Of a stretch of DNA of 52,310 bases, positions 27,001 through 33,981 are shown one piece after another. Position numbers and translations under genes: made by a program. Within the stretch, counting starts at the first letter, position 1; every line of letters begins with the position of its first letter. The DNA comes from a virus (lineage: Duplodnaviria; Caudoviricetes): positions 1-52,310 of the IMG/VR virus record IMGVR_UViG_3300013113_000097; one strand, given 5' to 3'. Under the pieces are notes generated by a model, which saw only the letters and a program-made list of their open reading frames with translations, was not told the DNA's origin and made no database searches.

Positions 27001-29977
27001 TGATGCTGTGCCAGCAGATGCAGTTTTAGATGAGTTTTTAGCTTATTCATTAAGTAATAAGTTTATGGTTGAAAAACTCAATACAATGGATTCTCAAGTA
27101 ATTCCATTATGGAGCAAAGATGAAAATACTACTGTAGTTGAAAAACTTGTACAATTCTTTACAGAAATTTTAGACAGGATTAGGGGTGTACTATCAGGTA
27201 AAACTAAGCCTCTTAATCTTGAAGAACAAATTTTTGAGTTAGCTAAAGATATTGTTGTAGTAAATCAATCTAAAAGAGATGAATTAGCACGAGCACTTAA
27301 GTTAAACAAAGCAGCTGGTGTAATAGATAGTGGTAATGAAGCAATTAGAAAATTTGCTAATGATGTTGCAATTGGTGCAATAAAGAAAGGAAGTGACGCT
27401 TATATTGCAGCAATAGATAAACTAACTAAAAATGGTAAAGTAAAAGGATTTTTTGCAGATGTTTTATATGATAGTAAATTAATAGCATATTTTGGATCAT
27501 CATACAAAGACTTTGTAGATAACCATCCTGCAGTACAAGAAAAACTAAATGTAATTTTCCGTAACTTCAAACCAAATACTCTAAAGAATTTAAGTTCGCT
27601 TAAATCAGATTTGTTTGGCGGAGTTAATCAAGATTTTATTAAGTTACTATATAGATCGCATAATGAAATTGATTCTAATCGTAGACAATATAAAGAATTA
27701 ACTAAAGAATCTTTGCAAAAAGTATTTAAAGATTATGATTCTTTAACAAATATAGAAAAAGAAAGTTTAACAAAGGTTTTCTTAAAAACTGATTTATCAA
27801 CATTAGTAGCAAGTGGTGAATTTACTACAGAAGAAGTAATTGAATTGATAAAAGATAATAGTGTTTTAGATGATTTAATTCTTAAATATCGTAAACAATT
27901 AAAAATTAATAAAAATAGTCATTATAGATTACAGACAAGTCAATTAGCTAAATACATGATAACGGGTAAAAATAAAAGCTATAACCAAATGTTAAATGCT
28001 GCCAATATTTACCAACATGGTTCTAAAAAGAAAAGAACGTATTCAAAAGAAGAAGCTGATAATGAAATACGCGATTTAGACATTTATATCAGTTTATTAG
28101 CTTTACGAGATCAGAATCTTCTAAATGCTAAAAATGAAGTAAATGCAGTAATTCAAAGAGAATTCGATGCAGACCCTACACATAATGGTATTCATGGATT
28201 AATTAACTTACATATATCATTTAAAGCAGAATCTTTAAAAGACGGATTTGATAATAATCCAAGTTTAATGACTAAAGGTTATATAGCAACAATAACTGAC
28301 CCAGATACACAAATAGTTATTGAACCTGATGACCCTGCAACAAATGCAGAAATGGAAAGAAGAGGTTATACATTTATATCTAAAGTTGATGGAGTAGGTG
28401 CAGAACCTTGGTCTTTATGGATAGTTAAAAATAATCCTGAATTAACAAGAACTAAAGGAATTATTTCAATGACTTCTAAACAATTTAAAGGTACGTCATT
28501 AAAAGAAATCTTTAGTAGAAACCAAACAACTAAAAGAGGCATTATGGATGCCTTGAATAAATTTAATAGGCAACAAACAAAAAGAGCAAACAAAGGAATG
28601 CTTTCACAAAAATACACAGCAATTCCTGTTGTAGATGGGTTTGGGAGAATTGTTGATTACAGAATAACAATAAATCATGCATTATCAGAAAAACATTTAC
28701 AACAAGAATTATCTTTTGATGAAGTATTGCCGACAATGTTTAGCCAACTTCAAGATAAAATTAAATCTGAACAGATAAATAAAGAAGCAATAAAGTTACT
28801 ATACACTTACGGTAAAGAGAATCGTGAAACTAACCCAAGTAAATTTATTAATATACTTGACGCAAGATATAGTGATGAATACTATCAACCTTTACCAAAA
28901 CAAGCTAAGTTTGAAATAGAAAATTTTGCAACAATAAACAAAAAAACAAGAAAACCAGAATTTTGGGTTGAAAGAGGTTATTTAGATACTGTATTTGGTT
29001 ATGTTAATCCATCAGTAGCAAATATATCGTTTTTTAATAATAAACCTAAAACACAGCGATACGTTAAAGTAACAGAAAAACTTGTTAAAGAAATGGTGTC
29101 TTTAGCAGTTGTTAACGTTGTAATTAAGATTCCTATTGTTCCTGCAGTTAACTTTGCAAGTAACTTTGTAACATCAATGTTATATGGGGTTCCACCTACT
29201 TATTTGATTAAGAAGTGGCGAGAAGGTATTCTCGAATTGAATAACTATAAACAAGACGCTAAAGAGCTCAAGTTATTAGATATTGAGATTTTGAGTAATC
29301 CTGCATTAGAAAATGATGCAAAAACTCAAAAGAAAAGAGAAATTTTAGTTAAAAAGATTAATAAAAATCCAGTATCAGGGTTTGTTGATGCTGGTTTATT
29401 TACTTCAATTACTGAAGATATTAACCAAAATGAATTTACTTATAGAAATAAATCTTTCAATAAGCTTAAAGAAAAAGGAAATAAATTAATATCAGGAAAA
29501 TTATTTGATGTAGCTAATCACGCTTATTTAGGTGAACATACTGCTATATTTAAAGCATCAATGCATTTTTTACAAATGAGTGATTTTATTGCACGATATG
29601 CTTTATATAAACATCAAGTAGAAGTAAAAGGAATAGATAAAGATAAAGCTTGGAAGACAATGGTTGAAACATTTGTAAACTACGATCAACCTTTAAATAG
29701 ATTTGTAGCTTATGGAAATGATATGGGTGCAATACTATTTGTTAAATACTGGTTACGTATTCAACGTGCAGGTATTAATTTAATAAAAGAAAAACCATTA
29801 AATGTAGGATTACTCTGGGCAAGTACTGGTTTATTAAATATGGATATAGAGACCATACTTGATTCTAGCTTGCTTACAGGTAACTTTATGCCTACATTAG
29901 GTGGTTTTGAAAAGATATTTGAAGAAGTTGTAATTCCTCCAGGACTAGAAATACTAGCTGGTGAAGGATTTAGTTAA
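18017..29977 (+). CDS. Virion-encapsidated RNA polymerase (N4 gp50-like)
   Basis: 3986 aa; motif A ETDGITNG (about 23542), motif B RDLAKNPVMISNYGAG (about 23830), motif C IYDA (about 24660); no cysteine found by eye. Confidence 0.96.
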   Translation: MATNNAIDEAYLQSLANQQSTVLDKVLSEQTESLDQLVNRKKEELGLKSEEKTNDFISQNINIDDITDADTLRNFGRLYGGGKGFSLDAYETAKYDENNELIPYLGSIEPTDGSKRSKKWDLHRISYAKRNGIKDYTMVSQRMLNEEAAKQTEEFKRLLLEGQNTSSGQIAVDIRQDGEGYYGRPLITVRNPETGKIINEVMNTPKTNAMFYSQYNVDSYIDGVQKLEEATRSFNEKTYSGEGFWISAGKGLSQGIDGLQATGWGMAALIADSIPGKRGEATATWFIEQYLRNLEEAQANGAQLPKVEDVDWSNPNEALSKFGALLGEAMPSIALMIGTGGLGGLVAKQAISAGVKGALKNTTSSKFRNWMTKTLIPSVQTGRAAGAYLGATGLETGSIYGDVAAAGKRDSRARLGSLAGGTIAGALEAFYPIKLMRKLGMGKAAKSQTNSSLNKVLKNNLGDNAKGIAAGILTGGSQEGTTEFLQFIVEEVTQDLIKEGHLPDMNSAEFRSGLLNSFVAGLVPGSTLSGGANLINEVQNRLAGDQGATARAYQNIQRQVQEATNQEATGGKDQKSEEILVDTVSDIEKVSQDLGVTLPDDYAKKVPIEKAVFLADALNRLEIQQKDSSGGTADSNVINAKNTINEALDQLNTGEVQIDIKQRAKRIDDSAQARIDRINARTEQRINETTPSGKPKSAKAIKTIKDKAAVQIANIEKARDNAINRLGSKKRAAKKGSAPARSSIVSAAKRIRAINKILNNKQSNLSKAKRKELNRERNQLGVLINNLTKKNEVNLTKGVIKAGQDAIGSFKFQKKVTQTQTNEELSDLIDVAQAAYDDYINTKEDNLSVKDREEKKSNLLGAYSEINKAIKELQKDKKETTDKEALKEIDVKLSGFVQLRENIVSELNKLNKEETKKQETTTEQDTDSLDIDILNEGVDNATLGSLQGAQKEQAERKNKVRDSFRAIKKRLKNAKKTLLDVHDEITNGRKGKFKGLETYLENAKNNVFEETQFDDFVLGLELKYKAWQKAKAIFNRKKNKTDVYVDKNTYKVYSSRKQLPDSDLNNYWYINDKSDVLIELLELEIEYAKNIKAVIADVLNNVDSKVKNKELNDTIIANQKKIDEIIAKNQEDTGSLDDIKKPKAKPKSKPKAKPKKEAKDSDSATAQEIEDIILEAEEIIDEDVSTDELANPKEQTRANRNKRLKAYQTRVINLIKKLSAERDTLKDILKNKKPFNRVEIQDKVDALNYKIANHKLELKNFIAAELRQKSANHFLTKFANTFAKLRDTVLSVTDLFRIKDIERDSFFSFNQNKNLDEKSIKLLLEKVKVDPESDYGKALVSQFIEFKKAFNSINSGLNKTDLANGLLAKQAFKLFSDKDGNLPDEVIFAMMLSTMHYAAVNVGHSKFRAMFEIADLLYGDAKQTDRLGKEEIAIWGNAGIFTRNASKDIGLEMFDLLNVKFEKDSEKEFLKNIAKIEEDSSFRGVVIRDSNFRNVASTSLGLLAIQTARKVNSNGKKDKGLFRLRRGSYPIKHFDNPNLAYINELQEDGEQFIQWNTIQIKDSDLLKLFKDNTDELQKIKGADSNIKDISFSVPKNVQERTDNSFFKLGKKVKNLIKKLQNVEWIGKESELDLFISLMNLDKNGNLIKDEEGNLVINDALKELIGYKELSEQHSENREAVDSANKEKLKDIEYIFDYYNNREKGGLRGFYFRYKAQSQHRLRIDSNTINPQRSKIMRALFNPVNSESKIETDSDRAMFKLGVVQAFGYNIKTLEEGINIFNAINQNEAVKNAINATPENFSNALTELMKEDIVDGASTHLIEAVVALKNYDDKEAFTTTLGVETDGITNGYAIGLLQFLDGTPEELKEALERIGVFVDQKDAINTYEKFIASGKDDVYQAFSRKIVEAIQELSVIESNAVNALHGQLLEKDGSLSKFARDLAKNPVMISNYGAGVEKVINAVIGKIVPDLYDTLAKHQTAYNKATNKAERDAVMDEISTIKAALLASTGIDINFAEKLANNKLYDFKFSPKRKAKIENYFRSIYANEKTKLFKNALETLLKPIKESREILVKIVEAEFFIFYSEFQKRTSEFPKGSLTNSAIRMHIAAELADDLMPRMNSPWSENEGELLQLIKQVDTIGTRVEVQTEEFDNVIWDKSSREFKFIKSESEARIGSNTGTTDLAEPGVSAVINMIQNMDSVVLGDLLEQKQQVLPIYDAVISPIKDAISNAQKYNESFIKRNIEHVMLEETLAQYKKVVANASKYGIDLQIIDKQLKTESFRGKQIVKELTELNEDIEKIEIDIDKLKNKKKLTQKQENFLRIQRLRLDTLLENKVNLEEEQATLTIKGLEEVLEDKILQRQTNLEALIEKYGDIDTWVISQMFLPESLVDPKSKPKREVKPTRPPVRVGLRGTNLSEEVIDGFKGAKDAAIQLSKSKNQTAYVRKIAKLLIPLLSDTTVVSYDFERYGRSSEAVDGTERSYHHTSGQPMRPNVILIEPKAGSTVLLHELIHAASQRILKTDAKDRTLRQNNAVKKMWKVREAIKKEYERDMGLDGKPARGDITGEEENSIKYLIYGGIENWDISQINARKRMSKAFGNPEGLRDSEALAEFLTQTLTSAYAQQYLKRKKITNKSVWTRLVETVRDLLGIKDDSLLDEALSISIEGIEALKEDDQRSQVDLFDNEDKIDEIKVDEIIADAKRKEKENKEADDTSFIDVDILSQIENDSRYQDLVDKDKKLVKDLLVVKAQLIDKINELGVDIVFGLSDPSQVEQERKQLQKELKENTKNIESILDNKEEDDFLFTEHLNSIDNIVDNDLKEIYKTNSLRENLQSIFETLGLSGRDSYLNKGDQQRQEGHLQRVLTEIISEAGIILDDTTLTLNESTIKAHGEANIGESSVTVNFNKFRPETHSEQTAQEVYVHELLHILTRFALTKDSRIKEKVERIRNEVKAELEKSDKPYELFLRKDAEGNIIYLTDKQLEIEAAQAQYNYLFGDAVPADAVLDEFLAYSLSNKFMVEKLNTMDSQVIPLWSKDENTTVVEKLVQFFTEILDRIRGVLSGKTKPLNLEEQIFELAKDIVVVNQSKRDELARALKLNKAAGVIDSGNEAIRKFANDVAIGAIKKGSDAYIAAIDKLTKNGKVKGFFADVLYDSKLIAYFGSSYKDFVDNHPAVQEKLNVIFRNFKPNTLKNLSSLKSDLFGGVNQDFIKLLYRSHNEIDSNRRQYKELTKESLQKVFKDYDSLTNIEKESLTKVFLKTDLSTLVASGEFTTEEVIELIKDNSVLDDLILKYRKQLKINKNSHYRLQTSQLAKYMITGKNKSYNQMLNAANIYQHGSKKKRTYSKEEADNEIRDLDIYISLLALRDQNLLNAKNEVNAVIQREFDADPTHNGIHGLINLHISFKAESLKDGFDNNPSLMTKGYIATITDPDTQIVIEPDDPATNAEMERRGYTFISKVDGVGAEPWSLWIVKNNPELTRTKGIISMTSKQFKGTSLKEIFSRNQTTKRGIMDALNKFNRQQTKRANKGMLSQKYTAIPVVDGFGRIVDYRITINHALSEKHLQQELSFDEVLPTMFSQLQDKIKSEQINKEAIKLLYTYGKENRETNPSKFINILDARYSDEYYQPLPKQAKFEIENFATINKKTRKPEFWVERGYLDTVFGYVNPSVANISFFNNKPKTQRYVKVTEKLVKEMVSLAVVNVVIKIPIVPAVNFASNFVTSMLYGVPPTYLIKKWREGILELNNYKQDAKELKLLDIEILSNPALENDAKTQKKREILVKKINKNPVSGFVDAGLFTSITEDINQNEFTYRNKSFNKLKEKGNKLISGKLFDVANHAYLGEHTAIFKASMHFLQMSDFIARYALYKHQVEVKGIDKDKAWKTMVETFVNYDQPLNRFVAYGNDMGAILFVKYWLRIQRAGINLIKEKPLNVGLLWASTGLLNMDIETILDSSLLTGNFMPTLGGFEKIFEEVVIPPGLEILAGEGFS

Positions 29978-30182
29978 ACAAATCATCAACATCTTTTTTA
30001 TTGTCATCTTCATCTAAATCATATAGCATAAGTCTTACAACAAAATATACTACAAACATAATAAATATGACTGCTAGTATAGGTATTGCAATAACCGACA
30101 GGGCTAAAATTGCAATAATAAGCACTGTAAACCCTGTCGTACCAGCTATTAGTTTAAGATTCTTCGGAAACTTCCACTTCAT
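29970..30182 (-). CDS. Small two-TM membrane protein
   Basis: Likely start MKWKF at 30182; long hydrophobic stretch and acidic tail; overlaps the vRNAP end convergently by 8 nt. Confidence 0.6.
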   Translation of the reverse strand: MKWKFPKNLKLIAGTTGFTVLIIAILALSVIAIPILAVIFIMFVVYFVVRLMLYDLDEDDNKKDVDDLFN

Positions 30183-30411
30183 CGTTAAATAAAGCACTAG
30201 GTGGTTTAATACTTGATGCTTTCTTATCCGTAGTTTCAGTAGATGATTCCGCATTATCAATTATCATGACTTCTGCAGTAACTCCTGCATTAGCACCTCT
30301 GCCTACTGTTATAGTAGTTTCTATATCAGTATAGCTATCGATAATGTTTTTATCTTGTAGAAGCCCTCTAATGGCACCATGAATATCATTGTTGTTTAAT
30401 TTAATAATCAT
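30154..30411 (-). CDS. Hypothetical protein (position of N4 gp46)
   Basis: 85 aa, AGGAG RBS, T.GRG.NAGVTAEV motif; directly downstream of SSB. Confidence 0.65.
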   Translation of the reverse strand: MIIKLNNNDIHGAIRGLLQDKNIIDSYTDIETTITVGRGANAGVTAEVMIIDNAESSTETTDKKASSIKPPSALFNDEVEVSEES

Positions 30412-30419
30412 AGTACTCC

Positions 30420-31121
30420 TTAATTAAATAGCTTCTTACCTGCTGGCTTTGCAGCTGCAGATGTAGTAGCTGTAACATCTTTAACTCTATTTAGAGTTTT
30501 ACCAGTGTTACGTTCTGCCCACTTAGGCATCATGACTGCCTCTTTAGCATCTTTAGCCTTTTCAACTACAGTTAAATCAGAATCTGGGAAATAAAATTCT
30601 TTGATCTGATTCTCATCTCTAGTCTCAGCAGAATCTACATAGTTACCCGTGCCATCATTGACACGCTTGTTGACAGTTTGTTTAAGGACTGCAACTTTAA
30701 CTTGTTTACCAAGCAAAGAAGTAGCTACGCTCTTCTCTGTAGGTTTTTCTTTCTTCTCGTTAAAGTCATAGACGTTAACCATTTTCTTCTCACTACTTTC
30801 AAATGCCTCATTGAGGTCTTCTCCTGTAATGATTAGAGCCAGATTATTAGCTAGTGTATAGCCAGGTAAGTAGTCTTTCTCACCTTTTTGGTTTATAAAG
30901 TGAACTTCTTCCTTGCGATTAGTAAACCAAACAGTTTGTTTTAGCTTCTTACCATCTTCGCCTAGCAAAGTTACATTCAAAGAATGAGCTCCGCCTTTTG
31001 ATTGGTCAAAGTATGCCATATCTACTATTGTTTTATATACGCCAGAGTCCCACAAATATGAGCCTCCACCTAGTGAAGTTTCTTTTAATTTTATATCATC
31101 GTGCATACTGAACTTGCCCAT
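30420..31121 (-). CDS. ssb: Single-stranded DNA-binding protein (N4 gp45-like)
   Basis: LGGG....SGVY......AY...S.GGA, K.YLPG, N.I..F and C-terminal KKLF motifs typical of N4 SSB. Confidence 0.9.
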   Translation of the reverse strand: MGKFSMHDDIKLKETSLGGGSYLWDSGVYKTIVDMAYFDQSKGGAHSLNVTLLGEDGKKLKQTVWFTNRKEEVHFINQKGEKDYLPGYTLANNLALIITGEDLNEAFESSEKKMVNVYDFNEKKEKPTEKSVATSLLGKQVKVAVLKQTVNKRVNDGTGNYVDSAETRDENQIKEFYFPDSDLTVVEKAKDAKEAVMMPKWAERNTGKTLNRVKDVTATTSAAAKPAGKKLFN

Positions 31122-31198
31122 AATACAAATCTCCCTTAGTTACTGTGAATAAAAATCTATAAAGGTAGTAACAGAACCCTCTATAAATTGGTTAAATA

Positions 31199-31213
31199 CG
31201 GTGCGGAGCACCG
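31199..31213 (-). promoter_or_regulatory. N4-type hairpin promoter candidate upstream of ssb
   Basis: Template (+) strand CGGTGC-GGA-GCACCG, the same C-GGA-G triloop core as N4 vRNAP promoters. Confidence 0.55.
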
Positions 31214-31375
31214 CTATAGAATAAGATATAAGCACTTTTTATATAGACTATTTAGCTTACTCAGGCTGTAGCCTTGCTAGCCTCTAGGACTAGCGTCTCC
31301 ATAAGTTAGGATACTCTTCTAATAGTAAAGCACTACCTATAGTATTAAAAAAATAAGTATCCTAGCTTATGAAGA

Positions 31376-31531
31376 CTATTTTTTCTTACGTCTTCTACCT
31401 GCGGCTGCAAGTTTTTGAAATTTAGCTTTACCGTGTTTCTTTCGACCTATGTGTGCTGCAAGTGCTGCACTGCCTACTTTTTTCTTTAAAGCTTTGAATC
31501 TTTTACCACTTCCTAACTTTGCTTTTGTCAT
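31376..31531 (-). CDS. 51-aa extremely basic protein (not in the ORF track)
   Basis: MTKAKLGSGKRFKALKKKVGSAALAAHIGRKKHGKAKFQKLAAAGRRRKKK*; ATGA overlap with the upstream gene; no acidic residues. Confidence 0.75.
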   Translation of the reverse strand: MTKAKLGSGKRFKALKKKVGSAALAAHIGRKKHGKAKFQKLAAAGRRRKKK

Positions 31532-31776
31532 CTTTTTCTTTTTTTCTTTTCTGCAGCTACACTTGCTGCTGTTTCTGCATATGCAGGACGACTAGCTTTT
31601 TCTTTTACGTTAGATCTCATATCTGAAATACTACCAGTACCTACTCTTGTATTATATTTTTTCTGATTTTTTACAACAGCTTTACCAAGTCTTCTTTTAG
31701 GTGTTGCAGGAAATTCTTTATCATTATTTCGTTGAGTATTGCCCATCATTGTATTTTTTCTTGCTGCTCTTGCCAT
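31528..31776 (-). CDS. 82-aa basic protein
   Basis: AGGAG RBS before MARAARK at 31776; Lys/Arg-rich. Confidence 0.7.
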   Translation of the reverse strand: MARAARKNTMMGNTQRNNDKEFPATPKRRLGKAVVKNQKKYNTRVGTGSISDMRSNVKEKASRPAYAETAASVAAEKKKRKR

Positions 31777-31931
31777 AATAATTTCTCCTAAATTTAAAGA
31801 ATGGCTACGTGTGTATACGATAGTAGCCGTACCGTTGAAAAATTTGACTAGGAACAAGTTTAGGTAGAAATCCGTAACTACCTATCAAAAAACTAGTCAA
31901 ATCTGAAATACACTTTCAGGGAGACGAGTTA

Positions 31932-31940
31932 ATTCTATCA
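31932..31940 (-). promoter_or_regulatory. Extended -10 promoter candidate (TGaTAGAAT)
   Basis: Minus-strand motif about 155 nt upstream of the basic protein genes; same form as the motifs at 5978 and 50835. Confidence 0.45.
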
Positions 31941-31945
31941 TAAAA

Positions 31946-32116
31946 TTAACTGAGTCCCTGTACTTTATATTGTTGTTCTAGCTCTTCTAATGATCTTTGT
32001 TCACATCTAGACATATAACGCTCATAAGCGTCATCATAATTTAAGCCCCCTCTACTTGCTCTATCTGCATAATCTAGAGCTAATGCTTCGCATAATTGTT
32101 CTTTTGTTAATTTCAT
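31946..32116 (-). CDS. 56-aa hypothetical protein (not in the ORF track)
   Basis: MKLTKEQLCEALALDYADRASRGG...QGLS*; TAATG-coupled to rusA with a GGAG RBS. Confidence 0.6.
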   Translation of the reverse strand: MKLTKEQLCEALALDYADRASRGGLNYDDAYERYMSRCEQRSLEELEQQYKVQGLS

Positions 32117-32577
32117 TAATTATCTCCAAATGGACTCATGGGTGGCATAGGTGCAGGTCTAGCTTTACTATCTAGTTCTGTAAATGTGCAATCAATACTA
32201 GGCTCTGTTGCCCATAACATTGTAGCTTTAAGCATTACGATCTGCTTGTCATCATCATAATAAATATTATTAAGTGAATCTAATATAGCTTTACAATAGT
32301 TATCAATATCAGCATGATTGTCACAATATGCCCCATTTTTAGCTTCTTTCTTTTTCTTTGACCAAGACTTAGGTATTGGTACATTAAACTGTAATTCAGC
32401 AAATATGTTGCCTGTCATAGGTATAGTTTTAATATCTGCAGTCATAACAGCCATATCTTTTTTAAACTGAGTGTATTTTTTACCGTAATAAGTAGACCAT
32501 CTAGTAACTCTAGGTCTACTAGCAGGAACAGGTATTATGTTAAATTTGACATGCATACTATCCCCAAGTTCCATCAT
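32116..32577 (-). CDS. rusA: RusA-family Holliday junction resolvase
   Basis: PVPASRPR, PKSWSKKKK, DIDNYCKAILDSLN and DDKQIV motifs; the true start may be 32556. Confidence 0.92.
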   Translation of the reverse strand: MMELGDSMHVKFNIIPVPASRPRVTRWSTYYGKKYTQFKKDMAVMTADIKTIPMTGNIFAELQFNVPIPKSWSKKKKEAKNGAYCDNHADIDNYCKAILDSLNNIYYDDDKQIVMLKATMLWATEPSIDCTFTELDSKARPAPMPPMSPFGDN

Positions 32578-32947
32578 CTCTAACTTGGGCTGTTTTCTTA
32601 CCTCCCCAATACTCTACAGCATGACCTTCACTAATAAGTGTTGCACACATATCTACATCGTCTTCTGTATAAGGTACTGCTAATATTCTGCCGTATTTCC
32701 CTTTACCTAATGACTTAATAGTTATAGAACCTGAACAAAGTTCTATTAAGCGTTCTTTAGCTTTTAAGCCTAAAGCTTTCTCAGCTAAGTTCCTGGTACG
32801 AGATTCAGGTGTATCAATACCTGCTAGTCTACATCTTTGTTTATGTAACTTAACATCAAATCCTAGATCAAGTGTTACATCAATAGTATCACCATCTACA
32901 ACTCGTTCTAATGTAGCTTTGTATACAAACGGTGTGACTTCAGCCAT
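32558..32947 (-). CDS. Thermonuclease (SNase) family protein
   Basis: VVDGDTID, RLAGIDTPESRT, GKYGRIL and LISEGHA motifs. Confidence 0.92.
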   Translation of the reverse strand: MAEVTPFVYKATLERVVDGDTIDVTLDLGFDVKLHKQRCRLAGIDTPESRTRNLAEKALGLKAKERLIELCSGSITIKSLGKGKYGRILAVPYTEDDVDMCATLISEGHAVEYWGGKKTAQVRDDGTWG

Positions 32948-32948
32948 G

Positions 32949-33101
32949 TTATTTCTCCTTAAAAGCGTTATTAAAGATTTTCCAAAAGTCCTGGTTATTC
33001 TTTAAAGTTTTCTTTATACGAGGTGTAACACGATTTTGTCTTTCTTTACGCTGTTGTTCAAAATTTTTACTTAATTTTGCTTTTCTTCTCGTATCAGGCA
33101 T
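32949..33101 (-). CDS. 50-aa basic hypothetical protein (not in the ORF track)
   Basis: MPDTRRKAKLSKNFEQQRKERQNRVTPR...FKEK*; fills the gap. Confidence 0.55.
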   Translation of the reverse strand: MPDTRRKAKLSKNFEQQRKERQNRVTPRIKKTLKNNQDFWKIFNNAFKEK

Positions 33102-33411
33102 TAGTACTATGTTCGTTCACAGTTAACCAAACAACTCTTTTATCATCTTGTAAATAGTTTAAATCACTCTCAACAAGTAATTTTTTTCCTTTTAACTCTA
33201 ATACAGCTCGTTTTATTGTTGATAACGACTTGTCAGCAAAGTGGCTATGATTTACTATATTAGTAATACAAGTACTATGTGCTGCAGCAGTAAAAACATA
33301 AATATCTTTAGCTGTACTTGTTAAATTATAACCCTGTAAAGCATCATTAATCTTTCTTTGTGCTAATTCTTTTTTACGCCACATAGATGCAAAGCTTTTA
33401 ATAGATTTCAT
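33094..33411 (-). CDS. Winged-HTH (MarR-like) DNA-binding protein
   Basis: SLSTIKRAVLEL..K.L......DKRVVWL pattern. Confidence 0.6.
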   Translation of the reverse strand: MKSIKSFASMWRKKELAQRKINDALQGYNLTSTAKDIYVFTAAAHSTCITNIVNHSHFADKSLSTIKRAVLELKGKKLLVESDLNYLQDDKRVVWLTVNEHSTNA

Positions 33412-33421
33412 ATAGTCTCTC

Positions 33422-33691
33422 CTAAACTAATTTAACATATTTAACGTTTATTTCCTGATTAGGCTTACTACTAGTAGGATAATCATTTAATAAATAAGAT
33501 GGCACTGTACCAATTTCGTTTAATAAATCTTGTAGACCAAAAGTAACATCTTGATTTACAATGTTTAAAAACATTGGAGATACAAAAGCTGCAATCTGTT
33601 CTTTACTTCTACTTTTAAAATAGTAAGTAAAAAAAGTATGCCTGTTTATGCTGTAGATTTTATCCATTAGCAAACTCCTTAACTTCAACAA
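33422..33691 (-). CDS. Hypothetical protein
   Basis: ORF within the operon; the start may be the internal MDKIY. Confidence 0.55.
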   Translation of the reverse strand: MLKLRSLLMDKIYSINRHTFFTYYFKSRSKEQIAAFVSPMFLNIVNQDVTFGLQDLLNEIGTVPSYLLNDYPTSSKPNQEINVKYVKLV

Positions 33692-33848
33692 CTACCTCGA
33701 TTTCTTCAGGAAAACCTACTGTTCTTCCTGCTGCATCAATAACTCTATGTAATTTATAGATTTTAGTTGTATCAGGCATATTGTCTGGATCTGGGACACT
33801 ACTTGGACTTTCAATTAAATCTTTTAATTTTAAAACTTGTAAACTCAT
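33660..33848 (-). CDS. Hypothetical protein
   Basis: 62 aa with AGGAG RBS. Confidence 0.6.
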   Translation of the reverse strand: MSLQVLKLKDLIESPSSVPDPDNMPDTTKIYKLHRVIDAAGRTVGFPEEIEVVVEVKEFANG

Positions 33849-33856
33849 AGTATCTC

Positions 33857-33973
33857 CTAAATTATGTAACGTTCGTATTGTTCAAACCATAGTGCTATAT
33901 ACACAACACTAACTGTAGTTATGCTTAGTAATAAAAAATTAAGCACAGTAAATAGTAATTTTAAAGCTGACAT
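33857..33973 (-). CDS. 38-aa single-TM protein (not in the ORF track)
   Basis: AGGAG RBS; MSALKLLFTVLNFLLLSITTVSVVYIALWFEQYERYII*. Confidence 0.55.
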   Translation of the reverse strand: MSALKLLFTVLNFLLLSITTVSVVYIALWFEQYERYII

Positions 33974-33981
33974 ATTGTCTC

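Noticed and set aside
20029-28617. Minus-strand ORFs inside the vRNAP gene, and similar antisense ORFs within the capsid, gp53, primase, polymerase and cassette genes
   Set aside because: They are shadow ORFs opposite well-supported genes, with biased Ser/Leu/Ile composition and no RBS.
31777-31857. N-terminal extension of the 109-aa ORF in the track
   Set aside because: A strong AGGAG RBS precedes the ATG at 31776, and the extension runs through the hairpin region.
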